64,000 nt of DNA from Candidatus Methylomirabilota bacterium (GTDB lineage: Bacteria; Acidobacteriota; Thermoanaerobaculia; Thermoanaerobaculales; Sulfomarinibacteraceae). Location: contig DATHSO010000150.1 in the NCBI GenBank assembly GCA_035464095.1, positions 56,593 to 120,592 of the forward strand. The letters are read 5' to 3'. Of this stretch, positions 45,709-53,512 are shown one piece after another. Every line of letters begins with the position of its first letter. The stretch's first letter is position 1. The notes under the pieces are model-generated. The model saw nothing but the letters and a program-made list of their open reading frames with translations. It did not search any database and had not been told where the DNA came from. A program made the translations under genes and the position numbers.

Positions 45709-47340
45709 ATGTTGAAAAACAGCCTTCTCGTCCTGTGCCTGTTGTGTGTGTTCGCAGTGGCGGCGCCGGTCTCCGCCCAGGAGAGCGCAGCGACCCCGAG
45801 CGAGGAGGCGGCGATTCAGGCCTTCCGCGAGGGCTCCTTCTCCAGGGCGGTGGAGCTGTATCGCCAGGCCCTTCAGGAGACCGACGACGCCAGCCACCGG
45901 GCCAGGCTCCACATCAACATCGCCTGGACGCTGTTCGCCCTGGGACGGGAGGCGGAGGTCCAGACCCACCTCCGCGCGGCCCTGGTCGAGGACCCGAACC
46001 TGACCCTGCTGCCCGACTACTACACCCAGGAGTTCATGGACCTCTTCGACCAGGCCCGCCGGCGCGGGCTCGAGCCCGGTCCGGCGGTGCCGCCGCCCGA
46101 CCTGGAGTCGACCCTGGCCAGCATCGACGCGCGCATGGCCGCCGGCGAGGACCTGGAGGGCGCCCTCGGCGATCTCGACCGGCTGCTCGAGGCCTACCCC
46201 GCTGACGGACGGCTCATCCCCATGCGATCTGATCTCCTGCGCCGGCTGGGCCGCGACCAGGAGGCCGACGAGCTGCTGCGCACCTACGGCGGCGGGGTCG
46301 GTGCCGGGGCCTACGCCGAGCGGATGTCGATCCCGGACCTGATCCTGCGCGCCAACCGCCTGCTCGACGAGGGAGACAGCACGACCAGCCTCGAGCTGCT
46401 GCGCGAGGCCGTGGCCAGGCAGCCCAGCAACGTCGCGGCCCTCGAGCTCATGGCCGAGGCCGCCCAGCGGGGCGGCCACTGGCAGGAAGCGGAGTTCGCC
46501 CTCAAGTCCGCCCTCGGCATGCAGCCCGGCAACGTCGGCCTGCAGCTGAGGTTGGGCGAGGTCTACCTCGCCGAGAACGAGCTCTCCGCCGCCCGCGATG
46601 TCTTCCGGGAGATCACCGAGGCCTCCCCGCACTCCGACCGCGGCTGGGCGTCCCTCGGCCTGCTCGAGGCCCGCCTCGGCAACCTCGAGCGCGCCCTGGC
46701 CCACCTCGACCGCGCCATCCAGGAGAACCCCCTCCTGCCCGAGGTGCAGCTGGCGCGGGGCGAGCTCCTGCTGCTCGAGGGCAGGGCCGCCGAGGCGGTG
46801 GCGGCCCTCCAGGCGGCCGGCAGCCTGCTCCACGACGACGCCCAGCTCGAGGCCCGGTTGGGTCAGGCCCTCCTCGCAGCCGGGCGGCCCGACGAGGCCC
46901 TGCCGCTGCTCCGGGGCGGCGTGGAGGGGGGATTCGCCAACGACGACGTCAAGCGCGCCCTGGCCCTGGCCCTGGCCCTCAACGGCCTCCACGCCGAGAG
47001 CGAGCGGGTGCTCGCGCGGACCGATGTGGCCGACAACCTGGACTCCGACATCGTTCGCGGCCTGCTGATGCTCGAGCGCTCCAGCCACGCCGCCGCCGAG
47101 GACGTGCTGACGCCGGTGGTCCAGAGCCGCTCCAACGAGGCGCGGGTTCTCAACCTGTTCGCGGCGGTCCTGTACCGGCAGGGCCGCTTCGACGAGGCCG
47201 TGTCGTTCCTGGAGCGGGCCCGGGGCCTCGACCCCGCCGACCCCGCCATCGAGGCCAACCTGGTGGTCGCCCGGGCGGCCCGGGCCGCCGAGGTCCTCGC
47301 TGCCAACGCCGCCACCGTCAAGGCCGCCCCCGACAGCTGA
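45709..47340 (+). CDS. secreted TPR-repeat protein
   Basis: Signal peptide MLKNSLLVLCLLCVFAVAAPVSAQ followed by many TPR-like helical pairs. Confidence 0.75.
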   Translation: MLKNSLLVLCLLCVFAVAAPVSAQESAATPSEEAAIQAFREGSFSRAVELYRQALQETDDASHRARLHINIAWTLFALGREAEVQTHLRAALVEDPNLTLLPDYYTQEFMDLFDQARRRGLEPGPAVPPPDLESTLASIDARMAAGEDLEGALGDLDRLLEAYPADGRLIPMRSDLLRRLGRDQEADELLRTYGGGVGAGAYAERMSIPDLILRANRLLDEGDSTTSLELLREAVARQPSNVAALELMAEAAQRGGHWQEAEFALKSALGMQPGNVGLQLRLGEVYLAENELSAARDVFREITEASPHSDRGWASLGLLEARLGNLERALAHLDRAIQENPLLPEVQLARGELLLLEGRAAEAVAALQAAGSLLHDDAQLEARLGQALLAAGRPDEALPLLRGGVEGGFANDDVKRALALALALNGLHAESERVLARTDVADNLDSDIVRGLLMLERSSHAAAEDVLTPVVQSRSNEARVLNLFAAVLYRQGRFDEAVSFLERARGLDPADPAIEANLVVARAARAAEVLAANAATVKAAPDS

Positions 47341-47376
47341 CCCGACGCTCGGTCCGCCTGTGCCGAGCTCCCGCCT

Positions 47377-48606
47377 TCACCGACTCTCGAGGGAGACCAG
47401 GAACGCCGCCAGCGAGCGCGCCGCGTCGGCCGGCCGGTGCTGCCCCTCGTAGGCCGCGCGGGCGGCCCGACGGCGCTCGCCCCAGCCATCGCCCCCGATC
47501 GTCCCCAGCAGCCGAGCCAGGTCGGCGGCCGCCGACGGTCCGGGGGTGAGCCGGGGCGCAGCCGGTTCCGGCCACTCGAGGAACTGGCGGGCGCCGCCCA
47601 CCGCCACCGGCGTCCCGCAGGCCAGGAAGCGCACGGCTGCGGCCGAGGTCTCGCCGGCAGACGGCGTGCGCAGCACCACGCCCAGGTCGGCCGCGGCCGG
47701 GACCGCGCGCAGCCGGTCCTCGTCGATCCATCCCGTTGCGAGCATCCGGTCGGCGACGCCGGCAGCGTCCGCGGCGTGCTCGAGGGCCCGAAGGGCCGAG
47801 CCCTCCCCCACCACGACCAATCGCACCGGCAACCCGCAGCCCGCCGCCGCCGCGAGCGCGCCGAGGATCTCGTGCAGTCCCTTTTCGCGGGTGAGGAAGC
47901 CGAGGTGCATGACAACCGCCTCGTCGGGGCCGATGCCGAGGCGGGCGCGCTCGCCCCGACGGTCGACCGGGCCCGGGTCGGCCACCGCGAGCCCGATCCG
48001 CGCCGTCCGGAGATCCGGGCGCTCGCCGCGTACCCGGGTTTCGGCCCACCGGGAATGGACCACCACCGCGGTCGCCCTGTCCAGGAAAGACTGCCGCGCC
48101 GGGAACAGGAAGGGGTCGAGGCGGCCGCTGACGCCCACGGCCCGGGCCGAAGCCAGCGCGACCCCGGCGTCGCCGTGGGCGGCGGCGAGCCGGCGGGCGT
48201 AGCCGGCGCGGTCGCCGGCGGCCACGGTGCCGGCCACCAGCAGGTGGTGGAGGACCGCGTCGTGGAGAACCACCACCGTCCTCGCCCTCGGGCGGAGCTC
48301 GGCGAGGCGGTCGGCCAGCCACAGGTGGTGGGGGTTGTTGCCGAGGTGAATCAGCTCGATCTCGTCCCCAGCGGCGACCGTGTCGGTCGGCACCGGCTCG
48401 AGGCGGCGCGGCCAGTCGCCCGGCGGCGTCCAGCCCGGCGGGCGCAGGACCCGCACCGAGGCGAGCCGGGCGAGCTCGGGGAGCAGCTCGACGGCGTAGT
48501 CGGCGACGCCCGACCGCGTCGGCGGCAGCGGCGATCCCCAGAGGATGCGGAGGTTGGAGGCCACGGTGGGAGTGTACCCCGGAGACAGCGGCGAGTCGCG
48601 GACCAT
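47377..48606 (-). CDS. glycosyltransferase, GT4/GT1 family
   Basis: C-terminal GT-B motifs (GFLTREKG, ...PSAGETSAAAVRFLACGTPV). Confidence 0.75.
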   Translation of the reverse strand: MVRDSPLSPGYTPTVASNLRILWGSPLPPTRSGVADYAVELLPELARLASVRVLRPPGWTPPGDWPRRLEPVPTDTVAAGDEIELIHLGNNPHHLWLADRLAELRPRARTVVVLHDAVLHHLLVAGTVAAGDRAGYARRLAAAHGDAGVALASARAVGVSGRLDPFLFPARQSFLDRATAVVVHSRWAETRVRGERPDLRTARIGLAVADPGPVDRRGERARLGIGPDEAVVMHLGFLTREKGLHEILGALAAAAGCGLPVRLVVVGEGSALRALEHAADAAGVADRMLATGWIDEDRLRAVPAAADLGVVLRTPSAGETSAAAVRFLACGTPVAVGGARQFLEWPEPAAPRLTPGPSAAADLARLLGTIGGDGWGERRRAARAAYEGQHRPADAARSLAAFLVSLESR

Positions 48607-48619
48607 GAAGCTCGCTCGT

Positions 48620-48738
48620 CCTACTTTTTCCCCTCCTTCTTCCTCTCCCCCGGGCGATCCGGAACGCTCGACTGATGACAGTCCGCTGTGAATCCGGGTC
48701 GTGTCTGGGAGAGGAAGAAGGAGAGGAAAAAGGAGAGG
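48620..48738. repeat. CT-rich / GA-rich inverted-repeat hairpin (element E8)
   Basis: Left arm CCTACTTTTTCCCCTCCTTCTTCCTCTCCCCC 48620..48651 and right arm GGGAGAGGAAGAAGGAGAGGAAAAAGGAGAGG 48707..48738. The 55-nt core has its own imperfect IR. Confidence 0.9.
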
Positions 48739-48784
48739 TCCGCCCGCGGCCGCTCAGGCGGCCGGGGACGGACTAGAATGAGGC

Positions 48785-49045
48785 GTGCACGCTCTCCGGG
48801 TCATCCTGACGATCCTCTACGCCTCGTACCTTGTGAACATGGGCATACTGCTCATCATGCTGCCGTGGTCCGAGGTCTGGGCCCACGCGCTGCTGCTCAT
48901 GCCCATGCGCCTCGCGGTGGTCGTTGACATGCCCGCGGTTCGGGGCGCGATCAGCGCCTTCGGCGTGCTCCACCTGCTCCTGCTCGCCGCCGAGTTCTTC
49001 CACCCGACGCTGGTGAGCCCGTCCCGGGATCAGCGTCTGATGTGA
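48785..49045 (+). CDS. small hypothetical membrane protein
   Basis: 86-aa ORF with 2-3 hydrophobic helices. GTG start lies 5 nt after a TAGAAT hexamer. Confidence 0.45.
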   Translation: MHALRVILTILYASYLVNMGILLIMLPWSEVWAHALLLMPMRLAVVVDMPAVRGAISAFGVLHLLLLAAEFFHPTLVSPSRDQRLM

Positions 49046-49055
49046 CCCGGCTGCC

Positions 49056-49085
49056 TTGCGAGCCTCTCTGTCGTAGGGGTACACT
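49056..49085 (+). promoter_or_regulatory. sigma-70-like promoter abutting the response-regulator start (leaderless candidate)
   Basis: TTGCGA - 18 nt - TACACT, then 6 nt to ATG 49092. Confidence 0.45.
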
Positions 49086-49091
49086 CGAGGC

Positions 49092-49463
49092 ATGGAGGGC
49101 GCGGTTCTCATCGTCGACGACGAGGACTACATCCGTCGCATCCTCTGCTTCAAGCTGGAGCGGGCCGGTTACCACACCCTGGAGGCCGCGTCCGCCGAGG
49201 CCGCGGAGGCGATCCTCGAGAGTCACGACGTCCAGCTCCTCCTCCTGGACGTCGCCCTCGCCACCACCACCAACGGTTTCGACCTGGCGGCACGGCTGCG
49301 GCGCAACGCCCGCACCGAGCGCCTGCCCATCATCCTGGTGACCGCCCGCGGCTTCGCGGCCGACGTGCTGCGGGGTCGCGAGGTCGGCGCCGACGGCTAC
49401 ATCACCAAGCCCTTCTCCGCCGACGAGGTGGTCGACCGGGTGCGCGCCATCCTCGGCGGCTGA
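49092..49463 (+). CDS. single-domain response regulator (REC)
   Basis: Motifs VLIVDDE, LLLLDVAL and a conserved Lys region (ITKPF). Confidence 0.85.
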   Translation: MEGAVLIVDDEDYIRRILCFKLERAGYHTLEAASAEAAEAILESHDVQLLLLDVALATTTNGFDLAARLRRNARTERLPIILVTARGFAADVLRGREVGADGYITKPFSADEVVDRVRAILGG

Positions 49464-49490
49464 ACGCCGGTCCTCGGAAGGCCTCCGATT

Positions 49491-49519
49491 TGACCTCGGA
49501 CCCCGTGCCGCGTAGGCTC
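49491..49519 (+). promoter_or_regulatory. sigma-70-like promoter for lspA-lgt-rluD
   Basis: TTGACC - 17 nt - TAGGCT. Confidence 0.5.
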
Positions 49520-49583
49520 TGCGCCGGAGAACGGCGACGGTGACACCACATAAGACGACGGATTCCCCGGGACGGGCGGACTG

Positions 49584-50087
49584 ATGCGGGCCTTCATCCC
49601 CTGGCTGACCGCCCTGGTCATCCTGGTCGCCGACCGCCTCACCAAGATGGCGGTCCTCGAGCACCTTCCCCACGGCTCGCGGACGCCGGTGTTCCCGGGC
49701 TTCACCCTGACCCACGTCCACAACCCGGGCATCGCCTTCAGCCTGTTCGCCGACGGCGGTCCGGTCTCCCGCGCGCTCCTCCACCTGGTGATCTTCACGG
49801 CGGTGGTGGTGATCGCCTGGATGGTGGTGCGCCACGGCCACCGCAGCGCCTTCGCTGGCTTCGCCTTCGGGCTCATCCTCGGCGGCGCGCTGGGAAATCT
49901 CGTCGACCGCGTGCTCTACAGCTGGGTGCTGGACTTCATCCACCTCTGGGTCCGGATCGGCGACCGCGCGGTCTCGTGGCCGGACTTCAACATCGCCGAC
50001 AGCGCGATCACCGTCGGCGCGGTGCTGCTCATCATCATCGAGCTGCGCCGTCCCGGGACCACCGACGATGCACCCGATTCTGATTGA
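49584..50087 (+). CDS. lspA: lipoprotein signal peptidase II
   Basis: Motifs VADRLTK, HNPGIAFS, GGALGNLVDR and FNIADSAI. Confidence 0.9.
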   Translation: MRAFIPWLTALVILVADRLTKMAVLEHLPHGSRTPVFPGFTLTHVHNPGIAFSLFADGGPVSRALLHLVIFTAVVVIAWMVVRHGHRSAFAGFAFGLILGGALGNLVDRVLYSWVLDFIHLWVRIGDRAVSWPDFNIADSAITVGAVLLIIIELRRPGTTDDAPDSD

Positions 50088-50847
50088 CCTCGGCTTCTAT
50101 CAGCTCCCCACCTACGGGGTGCTCGTGGCCGCCGCCGTGCTGGTGGCGCTGTGGACGATCTATGCCCGGGCCGAGGGCGCCGGCATGGACGCCCCCCGGG
50201 TGGTGGACTTCGCGCTCTGGCTGGTGGTGTGGGCGCTGCTCGGGGCGAAGATCCTGCTGGTCGTCGTCGAGTGGCGCCGTTACCTGTCGGACCCGGCCCA
50301 GCTGCTCGGGCTGGTGCGCGCCGGCGGAGTCTTCCTGGGCGGTTTCATCGCGGCCGTCGCCGCCGCCGTCATCCTGCTGCGCCGCTACCGTCTCGAGGCG
50401 CTTCCGACCTTCGACGTCATCGTGCCGTCCCTGGCTCTCGGCCAGGCCATCGGGAGGGTCGGCTGCCTCATGGCCGGCTGCTGCTGGGGCAGCGCGTGCG
50501 AGCTGCCCTGGGCGGTGACCTACAGCGACCCCGCGGCGGCGGCCAATGTCGGCACGCCGCTGCACGTGGCCCTCCATCCCTTCCCGGCCTATGCGGCCCT
50601 CTTCAACTTCAGCCTCTTCCTGGTTCTGAGCCTGCTCCACCGCAGTCGTCCGGCGCCCGGCCGGGTCTTCGCCACCTACCTGGTGCTCTACGGCGCCGGG
50701 CGCTTCCTGCTCGAGCTGACCCGCGGCGACGCCGCCCGCGGGCTCTACTTCGACGGGCTGCTCTCCACCAGCCAGCTCATCACCGCCGCCCTGGTGGTGG
50801 TCGGGATCGCCATGCACTGGTGGATCGGCCGCCGCGGGAGCGCATGA
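50068..50847 (+). CDS. lgt: prolipoprotein diacylglyceryl transferase
   Basis: Motifs YGVLVAAA, GRVGCLMAGCCWG and YGAGRFLLELTRGD. Confidence 0.9.
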   Translation: MHPILIDLGFYQLPTYGVLVAAAVLVALWTIYARAEGAGMDAPRVVDFALWLVVWALLGAKILLVVVEWRRYLSDPAQLLGLVRAGGVFLGGFIAAVAAAVILLRRYRLEALPTFDVIVPSLALGQAIGRVGCLMAGCCWGSACELPWAVTYSDPAAAANVGTPLHVALHPFPAYAALFNFSLFLVLSLLHRSRPAPGRVFATYLVLYGAGRFLLELTRGDAARGLYFDGLLSTSQLITAALVVVGIAMHWWIGRRGSA

Positions 50848-51797
50848 GCCGGCTGCTGCGCTTCACCGTCCCCGACAGCCTGGCCGGGAGCCGGCTCGAC
50901 CGCTGCCTCGCCGCCCTCGAGGAGCCCTGGTCGCGGTCGCGGGTGCGGCGGCTCGTCGACGACGGCCGGGTCACCCACAACGGCCGGCCGGCAAAGCCGG
51001 CGACCACGGTCGCCGCCGGGGACGAGCTGGTGGTGGACGAACCCGACGTCGAGCCCCTGGACGTGGTGGCTGAGGCCATCCCCCTGACGGTGGTCTTCGA
51101 GGACGACGAGATCCTGGTGATCGACAAGCCCGCCGACCTGGTGATCCACCCCGCCGCCGGCAACCCCTCCGGGACCCTGGTCAACGCCCTCCTCCACCAC
51201 TGCCGGGACCTGTCGGGGATCGGCGGGGTCGCCCGTCCCGGCATCGTCCACCGCCTCGACAAGGACACCACGGGCCTCATGGTGGTGGCCAAGACCGACC
51301 GCGCCCACCAGGCCCTGGCCCTGGCCTTCCGCTGGCGCAAGGTGACCAAGACCTACCTGGCGGTGTGCTACGGCTCGCCGGCCGACGACGAGGGCGTCGT
51401 CGACGCACCCATCGACCGGCACCCCCGGGAGCGCCGGCAGATGGCGGTGGTCGCCGACGGCCGCCCGGCGCGGACCCTGTACTCCGTGGCGGAACGCTGG
51501 CAGGGGGTCTCGCTGCTGCACTGCCGGCTGGTTACGGGCCGCACCCACCAGATCCGGGTCCACATGGCCCACGTCGGCCACGCCCTGGTGGGCGACCCCC
51601 TCTACGCCGGGCGGCAGTGGCGGAACGTGCCCGATCCTCGGGCGCGGGCGGCCTGCCGGGAGTTCCCGAGGCAGGCGCTGCACGCCATGCGGCTCGCGTT
51701 CGCGCACCCCGTCAGCGGCGAGGTCCTCGAGCTCGAGGCGCCGCCGCCGGCCGACCTGCAGGGCCTCATCGACCTCCTGCGGCGCGCGGGGGGTTGA
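50844..51797 (+). CDS. rluD: 23S rRNA pseudouridine synthase, RluD family
   Basis: S4-like N-terminus, then GIVHRLDKDTTGLMVVAK and TGRTHQIRVH. The ATGA overlaps the lgt stop. The stop codon lies inside the terminus of the foldback element at 51790. Confidence 0.9.
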   Translation: MSRLLRFTVPDSLAGSRLDRCLAALEEPWSRSRVRRLVDDGRVTHNGRPAKPATTVAAGDELVVDEPDVEPLDVVAEAIPLTVVFEDDEILVIDKPADLVIHPAAGNPSGTLVNALLHHCRDLSGIGGVARPGIVHRLDKDTTGLMVVAKTDRAHQALALAFRWRKVTKTYLAVCYGSPADDEGVVDAPIDRHPRERRQMAVVADGRPARTLYSVAERWQGVSLLHCRLVTGRTHQIRVHMAHVGHALVGDPLYAGRQWRNVPDPRARAACREFPRQALHAMRLAFAHPVSGEVLELEAPPPADLQGLIDLLRRAGG

Positions 51798-52389
51798 ACC
51801 GCGAAGGCGCGAAGGACGCGAAGCCATCGCAGTCATCGCAGAGCCATCGCAGGCATCGCAGGTTGAACCGCAAAGACCGCGAAGAGCGCAACGCAGGGCA
51901 CGCGAAGACATCGCATTTCTGAGCCATCGCAGGCATCGCAGGCGTCGCAATCACGAAGACACCGAGACACGAAGAAATTTGATCGTGGCGGCGGCGGCTC
52001 GCCGGTGGTCGCCGGCGATGCCGATCACGTAACCGTATCCTCCGTAGGCGGGTCGTTGACGACCCGCGACCACCGACGTGGAGGGGGCCGGTGGCGTCGG
52101 TCGAGACCGCGGGCGTCGTGGCCGCGGGGCCTGAAGACCCCGCCTACGGGGAGGGGCTGCCGGGTTCGTGGTGTGGTTGCCGGATCGGCCTTGAGGGGTC
52201 GGGATCGGGACCCTCCTACTTCGTGTGCGACGTCTTCGTGATTTCGTGTTTCAAACTGCGATGGTTGCGATGGCTCATTCCTGCGATGGTGCGATGGACT
52301 CTGCGCCTCTGCGCCTCTGCGCCTCTGCGCTGAATGCGATGGCTGCGATGGCTGCGATGGCTTCGCGTTCTTCGCGTCTTCGCGGTGAC
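51790..52389. repeat. ~600-bp foldback element, same family as 41917..42536 (element E7)
   Basis: Left arm 51790..~51978 starts GGGGTTGAACCGCGAAGGCGCGAAGG. Right arm ~52219..52389 includes (CTCTGCGC)x4 and (GCGATGGCT)x3 and ends GCGTCTTCGCGGTGAC. The arms are imperfect reverse complements. Confidence 0.85.
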
Positions 52390-52413
52390 TGGGCGGGCGG
52401 GGGCGCCGGCGGC

Positions 52414-53511
52414 TCAGAACCGGCCCTCGAGGGTGCCGGCGTAGCCGGTGAGCTCGGCGTAGCCCTCGCCGCCGGTGGTGCCGGAGGCCTCGACGGGCCC
52501 CTCCCAGTAGACGACGCCGGTGGTGGCGCGGCCGTCGAGCTCGGCCGACGGGAGCAGGGCCTTCACCTCGAGGTCGATGGCGTGGGCCGGGACCCGAAGG
52601 CGCCACCGGATCGGGTAGCGGCCGCCGGTGGCCGGGCTGGTCCACCACTCGAGTGGCGCGAGGTCGACGTCGTCGCGGTCGAGGCGGGTCGTGCCGCCGT
52701 CGGGCCCGACCAGGGTTCCCGAGGAGTAGGGGTCGGCCGACCCGTCGGCCCGCCGCAGGCGATAGACCATGAGGTCGCGGCCGTCGGCCAGGCGCAGGCT
52801 GAACCAGTCCCAACCGACCACGCCGGCGCCGAGCTGGGAGGTTCCCCACTCGTGGTCGAACCAGGCCGTGCCGGTGACCGTGACGCTGGCGCCCGCAACC
52901 TCGATCCGGCCGCCGACGGCGAGCCGGGTCCAGCTCAGGTAGGCCGAGGCGTTGCCGGGGTCGGCGCCCTTCCGGGAGTAGCCGTCGAGGCCGTGGAGCA
53001 CCAGGGGCCGCGTCGGTCGGAGCTCGAGGTCGAGGCCGATGGCGGCGGCCGGGTCCCGGGCGTCGACGGTGATCCTGCCGTCCGGTCGGCGGCGCATGCT
53101 CCAGTCCTCGAGCCAGACCTTGAGGTCGTCCGTCGCCGCGCCGGCGAGGCCGCCGGCCCACCGGCGCAGGCGCTCGGCGTGGTGGAAGCGGCCGGCGTCG
53201 ATCTCGGCCACCGCGATGTGGGCGGCGGCGATCTGCCGGGCGCGCAGCTTCGACTCGCCCGCCGGGGCGTCGCCGGGAGCCATGCCCTGGCGGAAGAAGG
53301 TGACCTGGAAGCCGTAGCGCTTGCCGTCGTCGCCGTCGAGCAGCCCGGTGACGTACCACCACTCGGTGCGGTGGGCGGGGTGGGCGCCGTGGTCGCGGGG
53401 GAAGACCAGCTCGGGCGGGCCGGTGACCTCGAGCCAGGCGGGTCCCTCGGCCGCCGCGGAGGCGCCGACCAGCGCCGCGAGGAGAAGCCACGAAACGGTG
53501 AAGCGAGCCAC
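52414..53511 (-). CDS. AttH/CrtC-like lipocalin-domain protein (ABC-transporter associated)
   Basis: Motifs FPRDHGAHPAHRTEWWYVTG, GFQVTFFR and AWFDHEWG. Signal peptide present; the GTG start abuts the permease stop. Confidence 0.75.
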   Translation of the reverse strand: MARFTVSWLLLAALVGASAAAEGPAWLEVTGPPELVFPRDHGAHPAHRTEWWYVTGLLDGDDGKRYGFQVTFFRQGMAPGDAPAGESKLRARQIAAAHIAVAEIDAGRFHHAERLRRWAGGLAGAATDDLKVWLEDWSMRRRPDGRITVDARDPAAAIGLDLELRPTRPLVLHGLDGYSRKGADPGNASAYLSWTRLAVGGRIEVAGASVTVTGTAWFDHEWGTSQLGAGVVGWDWFSLRLADGRDLMVYRLRRADGSADPYSSGTLVGPDGGTTRLDRDDVDLAPLEWWTSPATGGRYPIRWRLRVPAHAIDLEVKALLPSAELDGRATTGVVYWEGPVEASGTTGGEGYAELTGYAGTLEGRF

Positions 53512-53512
53512 C

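Noticed and set aside
41917-52389. Calling the foldback elements autonomous transposons or MITEs
   Set aside because: There is no transposase in the window, no clear target-site duplications at the two large copies, and only two copies are visible. Mobility is a hypothesis, so I annotated them as repeats.
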